A stretch of 64,000 nt of DNA from Candidatus Kapaibacterium sp. Its GTDB lineage: Bacteria > Bacteroidota > Ignavibacteria > Kapaibacteriales > UBA2268. The stretch spans positions 960,001 through 1,024,000 of the forward strand of contig OY762428.1 of NCBI GenBank assembly GCA_963665665.1. Reading direction: 5' to 3'. This document shows, piece by piece, positions 38,918 through 48,925 of the stretch; within the stretch, counting starts at the first letter, position 1; every line of letters starts with the position of its first letter. Position numbers and translations under genes: made by a program. The notes under the pieces were generated by a model, which worked only from the letters and a program-made list of their open reading frames with translations, did no database searches and was not told where the DNA came from.

Positions 38918-39109
38918 TGTCGATTTTGTCAGATATTGGGGAAAGGAATTCCTGTTTGCTGAGAAGATTCCAACCACGACATCCTCAGGCAATCGGGGTG
39001 GATTCTTTTTCTTTGCCTTCCTTATCCACGAGCTATAGCACCTAACTATTGAATTTGACGAGGGCCACCACCTCCAACGGCAGACAATCCTTTTCATCCT
39101 CACTAATAC

Positions 39110-40504
39110 TTATTGCTTTTGGAAAAGACTCCTGAAAAAATGCCGGTCTGGCTTAATTCCTTTTTGTTGATAATTTTTAGGAACAGGATAGAATCTATCC
39201 GGAATTTTAAATGGAGCCAGTTTGCCTTGCAGCAGATTTTTAAATTCCTCTCGTGATGGAATTTCCATATCTGTTTTGATATATGCTATTGGCCGCTTGC
39301 CAAATTCATCGTCGGCAACCGGAATTACAACAGCAAAATCAACAAATTCAAGGCTTGTTAGTGCTTTTTCAATTTCTTCGGGATGAATATTTTCTCCTCC
39401 TGAAATGAACATATTATCAATCCTGCCAGTCACTATCAGGCGTTTATTACTGTCGAAATATCCACAATCGCCGGTATGATACCAGCCCTCATTATCAATA
39501 TTCTTAATAATTTTTCCTTCGGAAATATATCCCCTGAAAAGTGTTTGCCCCTTTACCAGTATTTCCCTGGAGTCATCAATTTCAATTTCCCTGTATTTCA
39601 GAACCCGGCCGGAGGTTTTCAATTCTTCAATATTATAAGTGCTTGTAGTGCATATTTGCGAAGCCATTTCAGTTGAACCATAACTGGTATGAAGTTTCAA
39701 ACCATTTTCAATCGATGCTTTAATCAATGAACCGGAAACAGGCCCGCCACCAACAAGAATATGCTTTAACTGTTTTAATGCAGATATTCCTTTTTCAGTT
39801 TCAAGCAACCTTTTTAATTGGGTTTCGACAAGTGAAATATGAGTTATTCCATTATCGATGATAGTTTCTTCAAGTCTTCCATTTTTTGCAGGAAAAAATA
39901 CCGAAGCACCGGATATCAGGCAGCGAATCAGGATAGCAAAACCACCTACGTGATATAGGGGAAGGCTGAGAAGATATCTGTCTGCAATTTCAAGGGGAAT
40001 ATTTTCATTTGCTCCGGCTGCGCTTTTAATATGCTGGCCCCATTCATGAAAAACCGCTTTTGCCCTGCCACTACTGCCGGATGTAAAGAAAATTGTTCCG
40101 CCCGGCCTTGTACCAATTTCCGGCTGAATATCCTTAGGAAGTTCAGAACACTTGGGAATGCTGATTAAATCCGCAATATTTACAACCTTAATTCCCGGTA
40201 AAGAAAAGTCCTTTCTGTCAGTTATCATTATATCACAGCCAACATTATTTAGCTGCTCTGAAATGCTCGTTTCTCCTTCACGTATGTTCAGCATTGCTGC
40301 TCTACTTCCGGAATGAATTATTGCCAGTATGAGCAATGCACTTTCGGGTGAATTATCACAAAGCACAGCAATATTTTTGTTCTCTTCTTCCAGTTTTAAA
40401 GCAGTACTATAAATTATCGAAAATACTTCCTGATAGCTCAATGAATAGTCATTACTAATAAATATCGGCGGGAGCGTTGTATTATCAAAGGCTTCGGGAA
40501 TCAT
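39110..40504 (-). CDS. menE: O-succinylbenzoate-CoA ligase
   Basis: FTSGSSGRAK, LSLPLYHVGG, SYGSTEMASQI, WYHTGD.G, GRIDNMFISGGENIHPEEIE; ATGA overlap with menC. Confidence 0.9.
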   Translation of the reverse strand: MIPEAFDNTTLPPIFISNDYSLSYQEVFSIIYSTALKLEEENKNIAVLCDNSPESALLILAIIHSGSRAAMLNIREGETSISEQLNNVGCDIMITDRKDFSLPGIKVVNIADLISIPKCSELPKDIQPEIGTRPGGTIFFTSGSSGRAKAVFHEWGQHIKSAAGANENIPLEIADRYLLSLPLYHVGGFAILIRCLISGASVFFPAKNGRLEETIIDNGITHISLVETQLKRLLETEKGISALKQLKHILVGGGPVSGSLIKASIENGLKLHTSYGSTEMASQICTTSTYNIEELKTSGRVLKYREIEIDDSREILVKGQTLFRGYISEGKIIKNIDNEGWYHTGDCGYFDSNKRLIVTGRIDNMFISGGENIHPEEIEKALTSLEFVDFAVVIPVADDEFGKRPIAYIKTDMEIPSREEFKNLLQGKLAPFKIPDRFYPVPKNYQQKGIKPDRHFFRSLFQKQ

Positions 40505-41595
40505 ACAATTCTCCTGCAATTACTGTTAAGTTTTGGGAATACTGTTTTATCAATTTTATCTGTCTCAATCATTGAATGATTAATATCCAACTTTTCTTCA
40601 AATACATCATTTCTGATAAATTTATATGTATCAAATCCGTGAGCTTCCGGATATAAACACAATCCGGACGCAAGGTTCAGAAGGGAAATCATTCCTATTC
40701 CGCTTTCATAAGCTGAACTTAAAATAATTCTTTTTTTGTTTGCATCAGCATATTGTTTTAATTCAAATACTGTTTTCAGGCTTCCGGTTATTGATGGTTT
40801 GATAATAAAAACATCAGCCTGGGATTTTAAATATTCATCATTAGGATTTTCTGCCAGGCTTTCGTCTATTGCAATTTTAAGCCCGGTTTCCTTTTTAATT
40901 TTCTCAATATATTTATGTGGTTCGGTTACCGGCTCTTCAACATAATCAATCATATCGGTTGGAAGCTTTTTCAGAAATTTTACTGACTGATGAAACTCAG
41001 TCCTTCTGTTCAAATCAAGCCGTATCTTCAAATTATTTAATTTGCTATCTATTTGCAGCTGCTGAAGAAAGGATATCTCCTTTTCTTCTCCTGATACTTT
41101 TAGTTTTATCGCTCTGTAGCCTGTTTCATACAATTTATTTATCTTCTGAATGCTCACATCATTAAGTTCCGGTACAAGTGCATTCAATGCTATAGCTTTG
41201 TCCGGTGAATCATTCAGAAATCCGGCAGGTGTTTTCCCGGATGCCGCTGCGAAGAGATTCCACAAAGCACATTCCAAACCAAAAACTGCTGCCGGATACA
41301 GATTATATTTCTCGATAATACTATAATTAGATATCAAACCATTCAAATCAGGATTGTCATCTATTGATATTAGATTAACTATATAAGTTAAATCGGATAT
41401 TAAAATTTTTTCGTCAGGAATTGCTCCGGGAAGGAATGCCATATCACCAAACCCTGCATATCTATCCTGATATAATTTAATGATATAGCCTTTTCGGCTA
41501 TCGGCGAATCTGTTGAAAAACCAGGCCGGCTTTTTAAAATCTATATTATATGAGTAAAGTTCGAATTTCAAGTTAGTTCTCAGTTTATTTATCAT
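40501..41595 (-). CDS. menC: O-succinylbenzoate synthase
   Basis: Enolase superfamily KLK, RLDLN, YVEEP, IAIDES, IIKPS, LSSAYESGIG; adjacent to menE. Confidence 0.85.
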   Translation of the reverse strand: MINKLRTNLKFELYSYNIDFKKPAWFFNRFADSRKGYIIKLYQDRYAGFGDMAFLPGAIPDEKILISDLTYIVNLISIDDNPDLNGLISNYSIIEKYNLYPAAVFGLECALWNLFAAASGKTPAGFLNDSPDKAIALNALVPELNDVSIQKINKLYETGYRAIKLKVSGEEKEISFLQQLQIDSKLNNLKIRLDLNRRTEFHQSVKFLKKLPTDMIDYVEEPVTEPHKYIEKIKKETGLKIAIDESLAENPNDEYLKSQADVFIIKPSITGSLKTVFELKQYADANKKRIILSSAYESGIGMISLLNLASGLCLYPEAHGFDTYKFIRNDVFEEKLDINHSMIETDKIDKTVFPKLNSNCRRIV

Positions 41596-41852
41596 CGTTA
41601 TTCAAGATCAACAGGTATGATTAACTTTTCCAATTGCAATAATTCAAAGTCCGCTATTACAACTCAAAATACTTAATTTACAAACTATCGCCAAGCCCGG
41701 TAATGGAAAATGTCATTTTTTTTCGATTTGTCCTTTTAAATGCTTTTGATTATATTGTTCAGGAAATTTGAATTCAAAGAATTGTAATTCTAAGAATCAA
41801 AATTCTCTTTCGGGCCGGCAACAATAATTATTGAATTATATGGGAAAAACTC

Positions 41853-43400
41853 ATGAAAATGTATTCCCGGCTAAAATCCGCGTCAGTTTACGGTATTGAT
41901 GCTTTTATTGTTGAAATAGAAACCCATCTGGATAACCAGGTTCCGGCTTTTACTATTGTTGGGCTGCCGGATTCTGCCGTTAAAGAATCACGAGACAGAG
42001 TTTCTGCTGCCATAAAAAATTCCGGTTTCATATTTCCGAATAAAAAAATTACTGTCAATCTTGCCCCGGCAGATGTGAAAAAAGAAGGCAGCGCTTTTGA
42101 TCTGCCAATTGCTCTTGGTATTCTTGCCGCTCTTAATAATATACCACCTGATATACTTGATAATACCCTTACTCTTGGCGAACTTGCCCTGGAAGGATTT
42201 CTGAGACCGGTTCACGGCAGCCTGTCGATAGCAGTGGAAGCACTAAAGCAGGGTTTCACCAGGATAATACTGCCAAAGGAAAATGCCGAGGAAGCTGCAC
42301 TTGTTGAAGGGCTTGATGTTATTCCTGCCGATTCCTTATACCAGGTAGTACAATACCTGAATGGCGATATGGAAATTGAAACCCTGAAAGTTGATATTAA
42401 ATCAATTTTCGAGCAGGGGCATCATGACTTTTCGATGGATATGTCTGATGTGAAAGGTCAGGAAAATGTGAAAAGAGCTTTGGAAGTAGCGGCTGCCGGA
42501 GGCCACAATATGCTGATGATAGGGCCTCCCGGATCCGGGAAAACCATGCTGGCCAAGCGTATTCCGGGGATACTTCCTTCACTTGACCTTGGGGAAGCCC
42601 TGGAAACAACAAAAATACATTCGGTGGCAGGTATACTGGCCGGCGGTATTTCATTACTGACGGAAAGGCCTTTCCGTTCGCCACATCATACCATTTCCGA
42701 TGCAGCCCTGGTGGGTGGCGGAATGGGCAAGATAAGGCCCGGAGAGATTTCTCTTGCCCATCATGGAGTATTATTTCTCGATGAATTGCCCGAATTCGCA
42801 AGGAATGTATTGGAAGTTCTCCGCCAGCCGCTTGAAGAAAAAAACATCACAATTTCCAGGACAAAAATGACAGTTGAATATCCTGCGAACTTCATGCTGG
42901 TATGTTCAATGAATCCCTGCCCCTGCGGTAATTTCGGCAGCCCCACCCAGGAGTGTACATGCACACCCATGCAGATACAGCGCTACAGCGGAAAGATAAG
43001 CGGCCCGCTGCTGGACAGAATAGATATTCATACCGAAGTGCCCGTAGTTAAATACCAGGAACTTAGCTCGGCAAGGCTGGGGGAACCATCCGAAAAAGTA
43101 AGGGAAAGAGTAGTAAAAGCCCGTGAAATGCAGTCCGAAAGATTCTCCCAAATACCGGGAATATATAAGAATGCCGATATGAATTCCAAGGCTATTAGGG
43201 AGTTTTGCCCTCCGGATGAAGCGTCGAAAGAATTGCTGAAAATGGCAATGAATAAACTTGGATTGTCTGCCCGGGCTTACGACAGGATTTTAAAAGTATC
43301 ACGTACAATAGCAGACCTGGCAGGCAGTGCAGATATAAAACCTGAACATGTTAGCGAAGCAATACAATACCGAAGCCTGGACAGGGAATACTGGAGGTAG
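41853..43400 (+). CDS. comM: YifB/ComM Mg-chelatase-like AAA+ ATPase
   Basis: VGLPDSAVKESRDRV, GPPGSGKT, RPFRSPHHT, GEISLAHHGVLFLDE, NPCPCG, LSARAYDRILKVSRTIAD. Confidence 0.95.
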   Translation: MKMYSRLKSASVYGIDAFIVEIETHLDNQVPAFTIVGLPDSAVKESRDRVSAAIKNSGFIFPNKKITVNLAPADVKKEGSAFDLPIALGILAALNNIPPDILDNTLTLGELALEGFLRPVHGSLSIAVEALKQGFTRIILPKENAEEAALVEGLDVIPADSLYQVVQYLNGDMEIETLKVDIKSIFEQGHHDFSMDMSDVKGQENVKRALEVAAAGGHNMLMIGPPGSGKTMLAKRIPGILPSLDLGEALETTKIHSVAGILAGGISLLTERPFRSPHHTISDAALVGGGMGKIRPGEISLAHHGVLFLDELPEFARNVLEVLRQPLEEKNITISRTKMTVEYPANFMLVCSMNPCPCGNFGSPTQECTCTPMQIQRYSGKISGPLLDRIDIHTEVPVVKYQELSSARLGEPSEKVRERVVKAREMQSERFSQIPGIYKNADMNSKAIREFCPPDEASKELLKMAMNKLGLSARAYDRILKVSRTIADLAGSADIKPEHVSEAIQYRSLDREYWR

Positions 43401-43415
43401 AATATCGATAGAATT

Positions 43416-44012
43416 TCAGTCAAAATTTCTTTTTAGTTCAATTGCTTCGGCAAGCATACCAAGATAGAGCCCTTTGGGAATTTCAACAGCACCGAGATTT
43501 TCCGTGTGACGGTTCAGGTATTGTGAATCCAACAGTAAATAATTTCTTGCCTTCAATCTTTCAACCAGGAAATAGAATGCTGCTTTTGACGCGTCATTCA
43601 GAGTCGTGAACATTGATTCCCCGAAGAAGGCTCCCCCGATAGCAACTCCATAAAGCCCGCCTACCAACTTACCGTCGCATCTTGTTTCCACAGAATGTGC
43701 ATACCCTAACTTATGAAGTTCACAGTAGAGATCAATCACAACATCGGATATCCATGTATCTTCTCGGTCTGAACATGCCAAAATAACGTCAGAAAAATCT
43801 TTGTTAACTGTGAAAGAATAGTCGTACTTTCTGATGGATTGCTTTACCGAGCGTGGTATCTTTAATGCTTTGAAAGGAAAAACAGCTCTTGGGTCGGGGC
43901 TGTGCCAGTAAATATCTCCGTCCTTCGATTCTGCCATTGGGAAGAATCCTATCTTGTATGCGTATATCAGTTCGTCAATAGTAATAGTATCGTTCAAATT
44001 GCCCGCCATCAT
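43416..44012 (-). CDS. aat: Leucyl/phenylalanyl-tRNA--protein transferase
   Basis: AY..GFFPM, SPDPRAV, TWI, GYAHSVE, LVGGLYGV.IGGAFFGESMF, LLDSQ. Confidence 0.95.
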   Translation of the reverse strand: MMAGNLNDTITIDELIYAYKIGFFPMAESKDGDIYWHSPDPRAVFPFKALKIPRSVKQSIRKYDYSFTVNKDFSDVILACSDREDTWISDVVIDLYCELHKLGYAHSVETRCDGKLVGGLYGVAIGGAFFGESMFTTLNDASKAAFYFLVERLKARNYLLLDSQYLNRHTENLGAVEIPKGLYLGMLAEAIELKRNFD

Positions 44013-44176
44013 TCTTCACTTCTAATGAAAGATAACATTCTTTTCGATTATTAAAAATATTTTTTTCATTTTGTATATACAAGTTGGATTAATTAATTCT
44101 GATAGTCCGTTTTTTTATTTAAACTTTTCTTATGTAATTTGAATGAAATAATTACAAAGTAATTGGAAGATATTAT

Positions 44177-44905
44177 TTGTATCAAGAAATAAAAAAAGCA
44201 TTGAAGAAACTTATTCCGGGTTCAGCTATTTATAAAGCAGAACCATTTCTTAGGTATTGGCATTACCTATATCTAAAAGGCAATAAATACGAATGCAATA
44301 TCTGTGGCTCAGGATTGAAAACATTTATACCCCAGGGAAATCACCTTATTTGCCCGCGCTGCGGCAGCATTGGCAGAACCCGGAGGCTTTGGAATATCCT
44401 GAATAATTATTTGTACGGAAATAAAAAAATCTTGGATTTTTCTCCTTCACGCAGCCTGTACAGGAAAATGAAGGATATGAGCCTCGATTATACCGGTTCA
44501 GACCTGTCAGGTGATTTTCTGTCAGATGTTTCGTATGATATATGCAATATTGATAGCAACAAGGAAACTTATGATCTGATAATATGCTATCATATTCTTG
44601 AGCATATTCCTGATGATAAAATGGCAATGCAGGAGTTATTTCGGGTTCTAAAGTCGGGCGGGTTGTGCATTATTCAGACTCCGTTCAAAGATGGTGATAT
44701 ATACGAGGATGAATCAATCCAAAATCCAGATGACAGGAAAAAGCACTTCGGCCAGGAGGATCATGTCAGGATATATTCCGTGTCAGGACTGAGGGACAGA
44801 CTAAGAAACTCCGGGTTTGAAGTTGATGTAAGGGAATATTCAGAATCAGACGGTAATAAATTTTGTTTCGATCCGGAACATATTGTTCTTATATGCAGGA
44901 AATAG
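44177..44905 (+). CDS. Class I SAM-dependent methyltransferase with N-terminal CxxC..CxxC
   Basis: CNIC...CPRCGS..R.R; YDLIICYHILEHI.DD..AMQELFRVLK.GG; FGQEDHVRIY. Confidence 0.85.
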   Translation: MYQEIKKALKKLIPGSAIYKAEPFLRYWHYLYLKGNKYECNICGSGLKTFIPQGNHLICPRCGSIGRTRRLWNILNNYLYGNKKILDFSPSRSLYRKMKDMSLDYTGSDLSGDFLSDVSYDICNIDSNKETYDLIICYHILEHIPDDKMAMQELFRVLKSGGLCIIQTPFKDGDIYEDESIQNPDDRKKHFGQEDHVRIYSVSGLRDRLRNSGFEVDVREYSESDGNKFCFDPEHIVLICRK

Positions 44906-45074
44906 TAAATTGTACATTGATCTTATAGAGAATTGCTTTTTCCTGTCGGAAACATATTATTTATTTGGAAACCAAAGCGTAATACATTTTTTCATAAAGC
45001 AGATTGAACAATAAATTCAATGTAATTTTGTATATTAATAATAATTGAAAAAACACTGAATTGCGGAGATAAAA

Positions 45075-46127
45075 ATGAAAAAACTGATAATTTTACTAAT
45101 ATTAATCCCATTTATGATTCAAAATTCTGCTGCAGATGAACTCAGGGCTTTTAAAATTTATAATAGCGACGGCGATGAAGTTAGTTTTGAAGAAATGGCG
45201 GAAGAATCCGGAGATGCAGATATTATTTTCTTTGGTGAGCTGCATAACAACACCATTTCTCACTGGCTTCAGCTGCAGATTACAAAAGCTATTTATGATG
45301 AGTACAAAGAAAAACTGCTTATCGGGGCAGAAATGTTCGAATCTGATGACCAGGTAAAAGTTGACGAATATTTTTCAGATGTAATCACTCAAAGCAGTTT
45401 CGAGAAGGAAGCAAGGCTATGGCCTAATTATAAAACCGATTATAAACCCATACTGGAATATGCTAAAAGAAACCAGTTGAAATTTGTTGCAACAAACATA
45501 CCCCGCAGGTATGCATCGCTTGTTTCAAAAAGGGGAATAGACAAACTTGATGAACTAAGCCCTGAAGCAAAAAAGTTCATCCCGCCACTGCCAGTGGAAA
45601 TGGATCTTGAGTTGCCCGGTTATAAAAAAATGGAAGAAATGTTCGGTGGAAACCATGGCCTGATGGGCAAATCTTCTAAAATGAAAACTAATGATAATAA
45701 AAAAGAAGAAAAACCCAGGATTCCAAAGAAAAATAAAATGGCTATAACACCTGATCCGGAAAAAGCCATATATTTGGAAACCAATCAGAAAAAAGGCCCT
45801 ATGGAGAAAAAAATGACTCCACAGAAAAAAGTCAGGAACCAGGTGATAGAAAATCTTAAAGCCGCTCAGGCTATCAAAGATGCAACTATGGCTCATTTCA
45901 TACTTGAAAATTATAAGAGCGGAGATAAATTCCTTCATCTGAACGGATCTTTCCACTCAAACAATCACGAGGGTATTTGCTGGTTTGTAAAAAAGGACAG
46001 GCCGGACTTAAAAATCATAACAATTAATACAGAGTCTGTTAAAGATATCGATGAAATAACTGATGAGCAAAAGAAATCTGCTGATTTCATTATCCTTGTT
46101 CCTTATGACATGACAACAACATATTAA
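45075..46127 (+). CDS. ChaN-family (haem-uptake-like) exported protein
   Basis: DIIFFGELHNN..SHWLQ, IGAEMFESD, WPNYKTDYKP, ATNIPRRYA, AQAIKDATMA, HLNGSFHS. Confidence 0.85.
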   Translation: MKKLIILLILIPFMIQNSAADELRAFKIYNSDGDEVSFEEMAEESGDADIIFFGELHNNTISHWLQLQITKAIYDEYKEKLLIGAEMFESDDQVKVDEYFSDVITQSSFEKEARLWPNYKTDYKPILEYAKRNQLKFVATNIPRRYASLVSKRGIDKLDELSPEAKKFIPPLPVEMDLELPGYKKMEEMFGGNHGLMGKSSKMKTNDNKKEEKPRIPKKNKMAITPDPEKAIYLETNQKKGPMEKKMTPQKKVRNQVIENLKAAQAIKDATMAHFILENYKSGDKFLHLNGSFHSNNHEGICWFVKKDRPDLKIITINTESVKDIDEITDEQKKSADFIILVPYDMTTTY

Positions 46128-46146
46128 TTATTTTTCTGGGGAAAAA

Positions 46147-46974
46147 ATGTTGAATTATAGAATGATATTTAAAACCGGAATCGTTTCGCTAATTATGATC
46201 TTTGCCATCTCTTGCGAAACGTTGAAGGAGATAAACCTGTATTCTCCGTCAGATGACGCTAAACTTGGCAAACAACTAAATGAGGAAATAAAGAAAAATC
46301 CAAAGGAATATCCCGTTTACAGGAATACCTATGCTACAAATTATGTACAAAATATGCTTAACGAAATTGTTAAATCTCCTCTTATTAAATATCGGAAGCA
46401 ATTTGCATATAAAGTTACTTTGATAGACAACGATAAAGTTGTTAATGCATTTGCTACTCCGGGAGGTTATATTTATGTTTATACCGGATTGCTTAAACTG
46501 CTTGATAACGAGGCAACCCTGGCTGCAATAATTGCCCACGAGATAGCACACGCGGAACGCCGCCACAGTACCAAACGCATGACAAAAGCTTATGGGCTGC
46601 AGATGGCAGCCGATATTGCACTTGGAAAAGAGTCAGGGAAAACAGCCGAAGTAGCTGCAAATCTTTTTTCGGGACTGGCATTGCTGGAAAACAGCCGTGA
46701 TGATGAATATGAGGCTGACGAGTATTCATTTAAATATTTAAAATCAACAGGTAAATGGTATCCGGGTGGAATTGTATATTTCTTTGATAAAGTCAGCAGT
46801 GGTTCGAAAGGCGGAGGATCCGATGCTTTTAAAACTCTGCTTTCCACTCATCCGCTGGGCCCCGACAGGGTGAAGGCCGTTAATGAACTTATGAAAAAAA
46901 ATAATGTTCCTCCGCCGACGGAAAAAAATCTAAAAAGGCGTCCCTACCTGGAATTCAAGAAAAGATTGGATTGA
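46147..46974 (+). CDS. M48 family zinc metallopeptidase lipoprotein
   Basis: Lipobox AISC; VNAFATPGGYIYVYTGL; HEIAH; SRDDEYEAD; LSTHP. Confidence 0.92.
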   Translation: MLNYRMIFKTGIVSLIMIFAISCETLKEINLYSPSDDAKLGKQLNEEIKKNPKEYPVYRNTYATNYVQNMLNEIVKSPLIKYRKQFAYKVTLIDNDKVVNAFATPGGYIYVYTGLLKLLDNEATLAAIIAHEIAHAERRHSTKRMTKAYGLQMAADIALGKESGKTAEVAANLFSGLALLENSRDDEYEADEYSFKYLKSTGKWYPGGIVYFFDKVSSGSKGGGSDAFKTLLSTHPLGPDRVKAVNELMKKNNVPPPTEKNLKRRPYLEFKKRLD

Positions 46975-47240
46975 TTGTTTTTGGAAATATTTTAACTACT
47001 TTCAAAAACTAAGTCTGCAATGGGCGGACAAAGTACAACTTACAGGAACATAAACATTGTCCAGCACTTGCAAGGGGCATATAATCGTATAAAATTTTGA
47101 TTCTATTTGGAAGTAATTTTCGAAAGATAGAAGTTGGGCAAGTTCTTTCACTGCATTACGTCGGGATTCGAAAATCGTGGCAATCAGTTTCAGAACAACG
47201 TCCCTCCTATCAATCTATGAAAACCGTGTGACAAAAAAAA

Positions 47241-48773
47241 TTAATCGGCAACAATGAATTTTTCAACAATCTGACTACCCTGAACAGAAATTCTAAAAAT
47301 ATATAATCCATTTGCCAATTGGCTGATATCAATAATTCTGTTCCGGATGGATTCACTTATAAACATGTCCCGGCTGACAACAGTCCGGCCTGTCAGATCA
47401 ATAATATTTATATGAGCATTAGCGGGAATTTCAGATCCAATGCTATAACTTAGAGTTTCAGAAGCAATTTTCTTATGAAGAACGAAATGCAATCCGTTTT
47501 CAAATTTTTCTTCAACGTTGGTAGGCCTTGGAATCAGCGGTATACGGCAGGCATTTAGTACTTCTCTTTGTTTGAATTCTCCTTTCCTGACCAGCGCTAC
47601 AATAATTTCGATCCTCGTGGGATCAATAGGGACGACATCGTAATCCAGGCCCTCGTTTCCATATACAGGCAGTGTGAAAGATGTCAGGTCAGACACCTTA
47701 TCACCGGGATCAATTTCATCAGGGAAAACATCTTCTTTTCCGAAAAATCCGTCCGGCTGATATTTACAAACATAATTGTGGGGATATTCAGGAATGGCAG
47801 ACCAGTACCCAAACAGTTCTTTCCAGTTATACCCGTATTCAGTCGCCTTCAGGCCGGGACATGCCTGTGCATAAGATGTATGGGAAGATGTACCGTCCGG
47901 GCCGATTACGGTATCCTGTGTCAGCACAATATAAAATCCCAGATCACCGGATGCATAGTCAGTAAATTCGGCCTGATAATCAATATCTACTTTTCTGGTC
48001 AGGGTATCGAAATTTACCGAAGCGGATATTGAAGCCGGCACATAATCTGTTTCTAACCTCTTGTTAATAGTAATATTAGCATCCTCGCAGACTTCGCTAA
48101 CCCCACCTCCGGCTTCAGCCTGATTTTCCGTATCCATAAACCTGTCAACGATAACACCGGATTGGTATAAAACATTAAAAATTGAATGAAAATTGCTGTA
48201 GGGATTATCTTTTTGCCATTCGCCAACTCCAACCGGCGCCTTGTTATAAACTACAACTGCAACATCATTCCTGTGCTCGTAAGCCAGGTTATGAATCTCC
48301 TCAATATGGTCAATACATCCACTGCATAGCACTCCACAGGCCATTTCGAGCAAAACCATTTTTTTCGAGGTTCCACCTATAGCCGTTCTTATTTTATATT
48401 CAGAGCGTGTTAATTCGCTGCCTTCGGTGTTTTCAATTTTAAGCAAAAGTATATGATTGCTGCCTGCGCCGCCAAAATTGTGTTCCAGTTCAATCTTACC
48501 GGTTTGTTCCTGGAGGGAATTTATCTCGCTGATAGTTTTTTTTATTTTCTGTTCGCTATCAATACTTATAGTCATCATATAATCTGCATCCCAGTTTGAA
48601 AGCAATTCCTGGGCAAATTCTATTTCTGTACTGTTTTCTCCTTCAATAACCCAGTTGTTTATTATGTAGCTTCCGGCCAGGTAATCATTGTTAACTTTAG
48701 CACTATTATTTCCAGCTATTAAATAAGGTATGGAAATTAAAAATACGATAAAAAAAGTATATAAAAATTTCAT
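47241..48773 (-). CDS. Omp28-like thioredoxin-fold secreted protein with T9SS CTD
   Basis: VLLEMACGVLCSGC; later YIVLTQD, HNYV, REVLNA; CTD LANGLYIFRI...EKFIV. Confidence 0.7.
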   Translation of the reverse strand: MKFLYTFFIVFLISIPYLIAGNNSAKVNNDYLAGSYIINNWVIEGENSTEIEFAQELLSNWDADYMMTISIDSEQKIKKTISEINSLQEQTGKIELEHNFGGAGSNHILLLKIENTEGSELTRSEYKIRTAIGGTSKKMVLLEMACGVLCSGCIDHIEEIHNLAYEHRNDVAVVVYNKAPVGVGEWQKDNPYSNFHSIFNVLYQSGVIVDRFMDTENQAEAGGGVSEVCEDANITINKRLETDYVPASISASVNFDTLTRKVDIDYQAEFTDYASGDLGFYIVLTQDTVIGPDGTSSHTSYAQACPGLKATEYGYNWKELFGYWSAIPEYPHNYVCKYQPDGFFGKEDVFPDEIDPGDKVSDLTSFTLPVYGNEGLDYDVVPIDPTRIEIIVALVRKGEFKQREVLNACRIPLIPRPTNVEEKFENGLHFVLHKKIASETLSYSIGSEIPANAHINIIDLTGRTVVSRDMFISESIRNRIIDISQLANGLYIFRISVQGSQIVEKFIVAD

Positions 48774-48925
48774 AATCAACTCCACCCTATTTGAAATTTG
48801 TACCTAATTATTAAATATAACAGATGAAAATAAAATTAGGTACAAAAAAATATTTTTACTGCTTGCATTGATGAATCCAATTATTTATATTATTTTTTTT
48901 AATCATAATATTATTTAAGGTTGAT

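Noticed and set aside
38501-39103. Small ORFs of 115 aa and 64 aa
   Set aside because: Translations of REP clusters (PPPSEGGG, KLRRSG, SSVGAT); no protein features
47003-47215. Stop-free minus-strand stretch between the M48 and Omp28 genes
   Set aside because: No convincing start and no recognisable similarity
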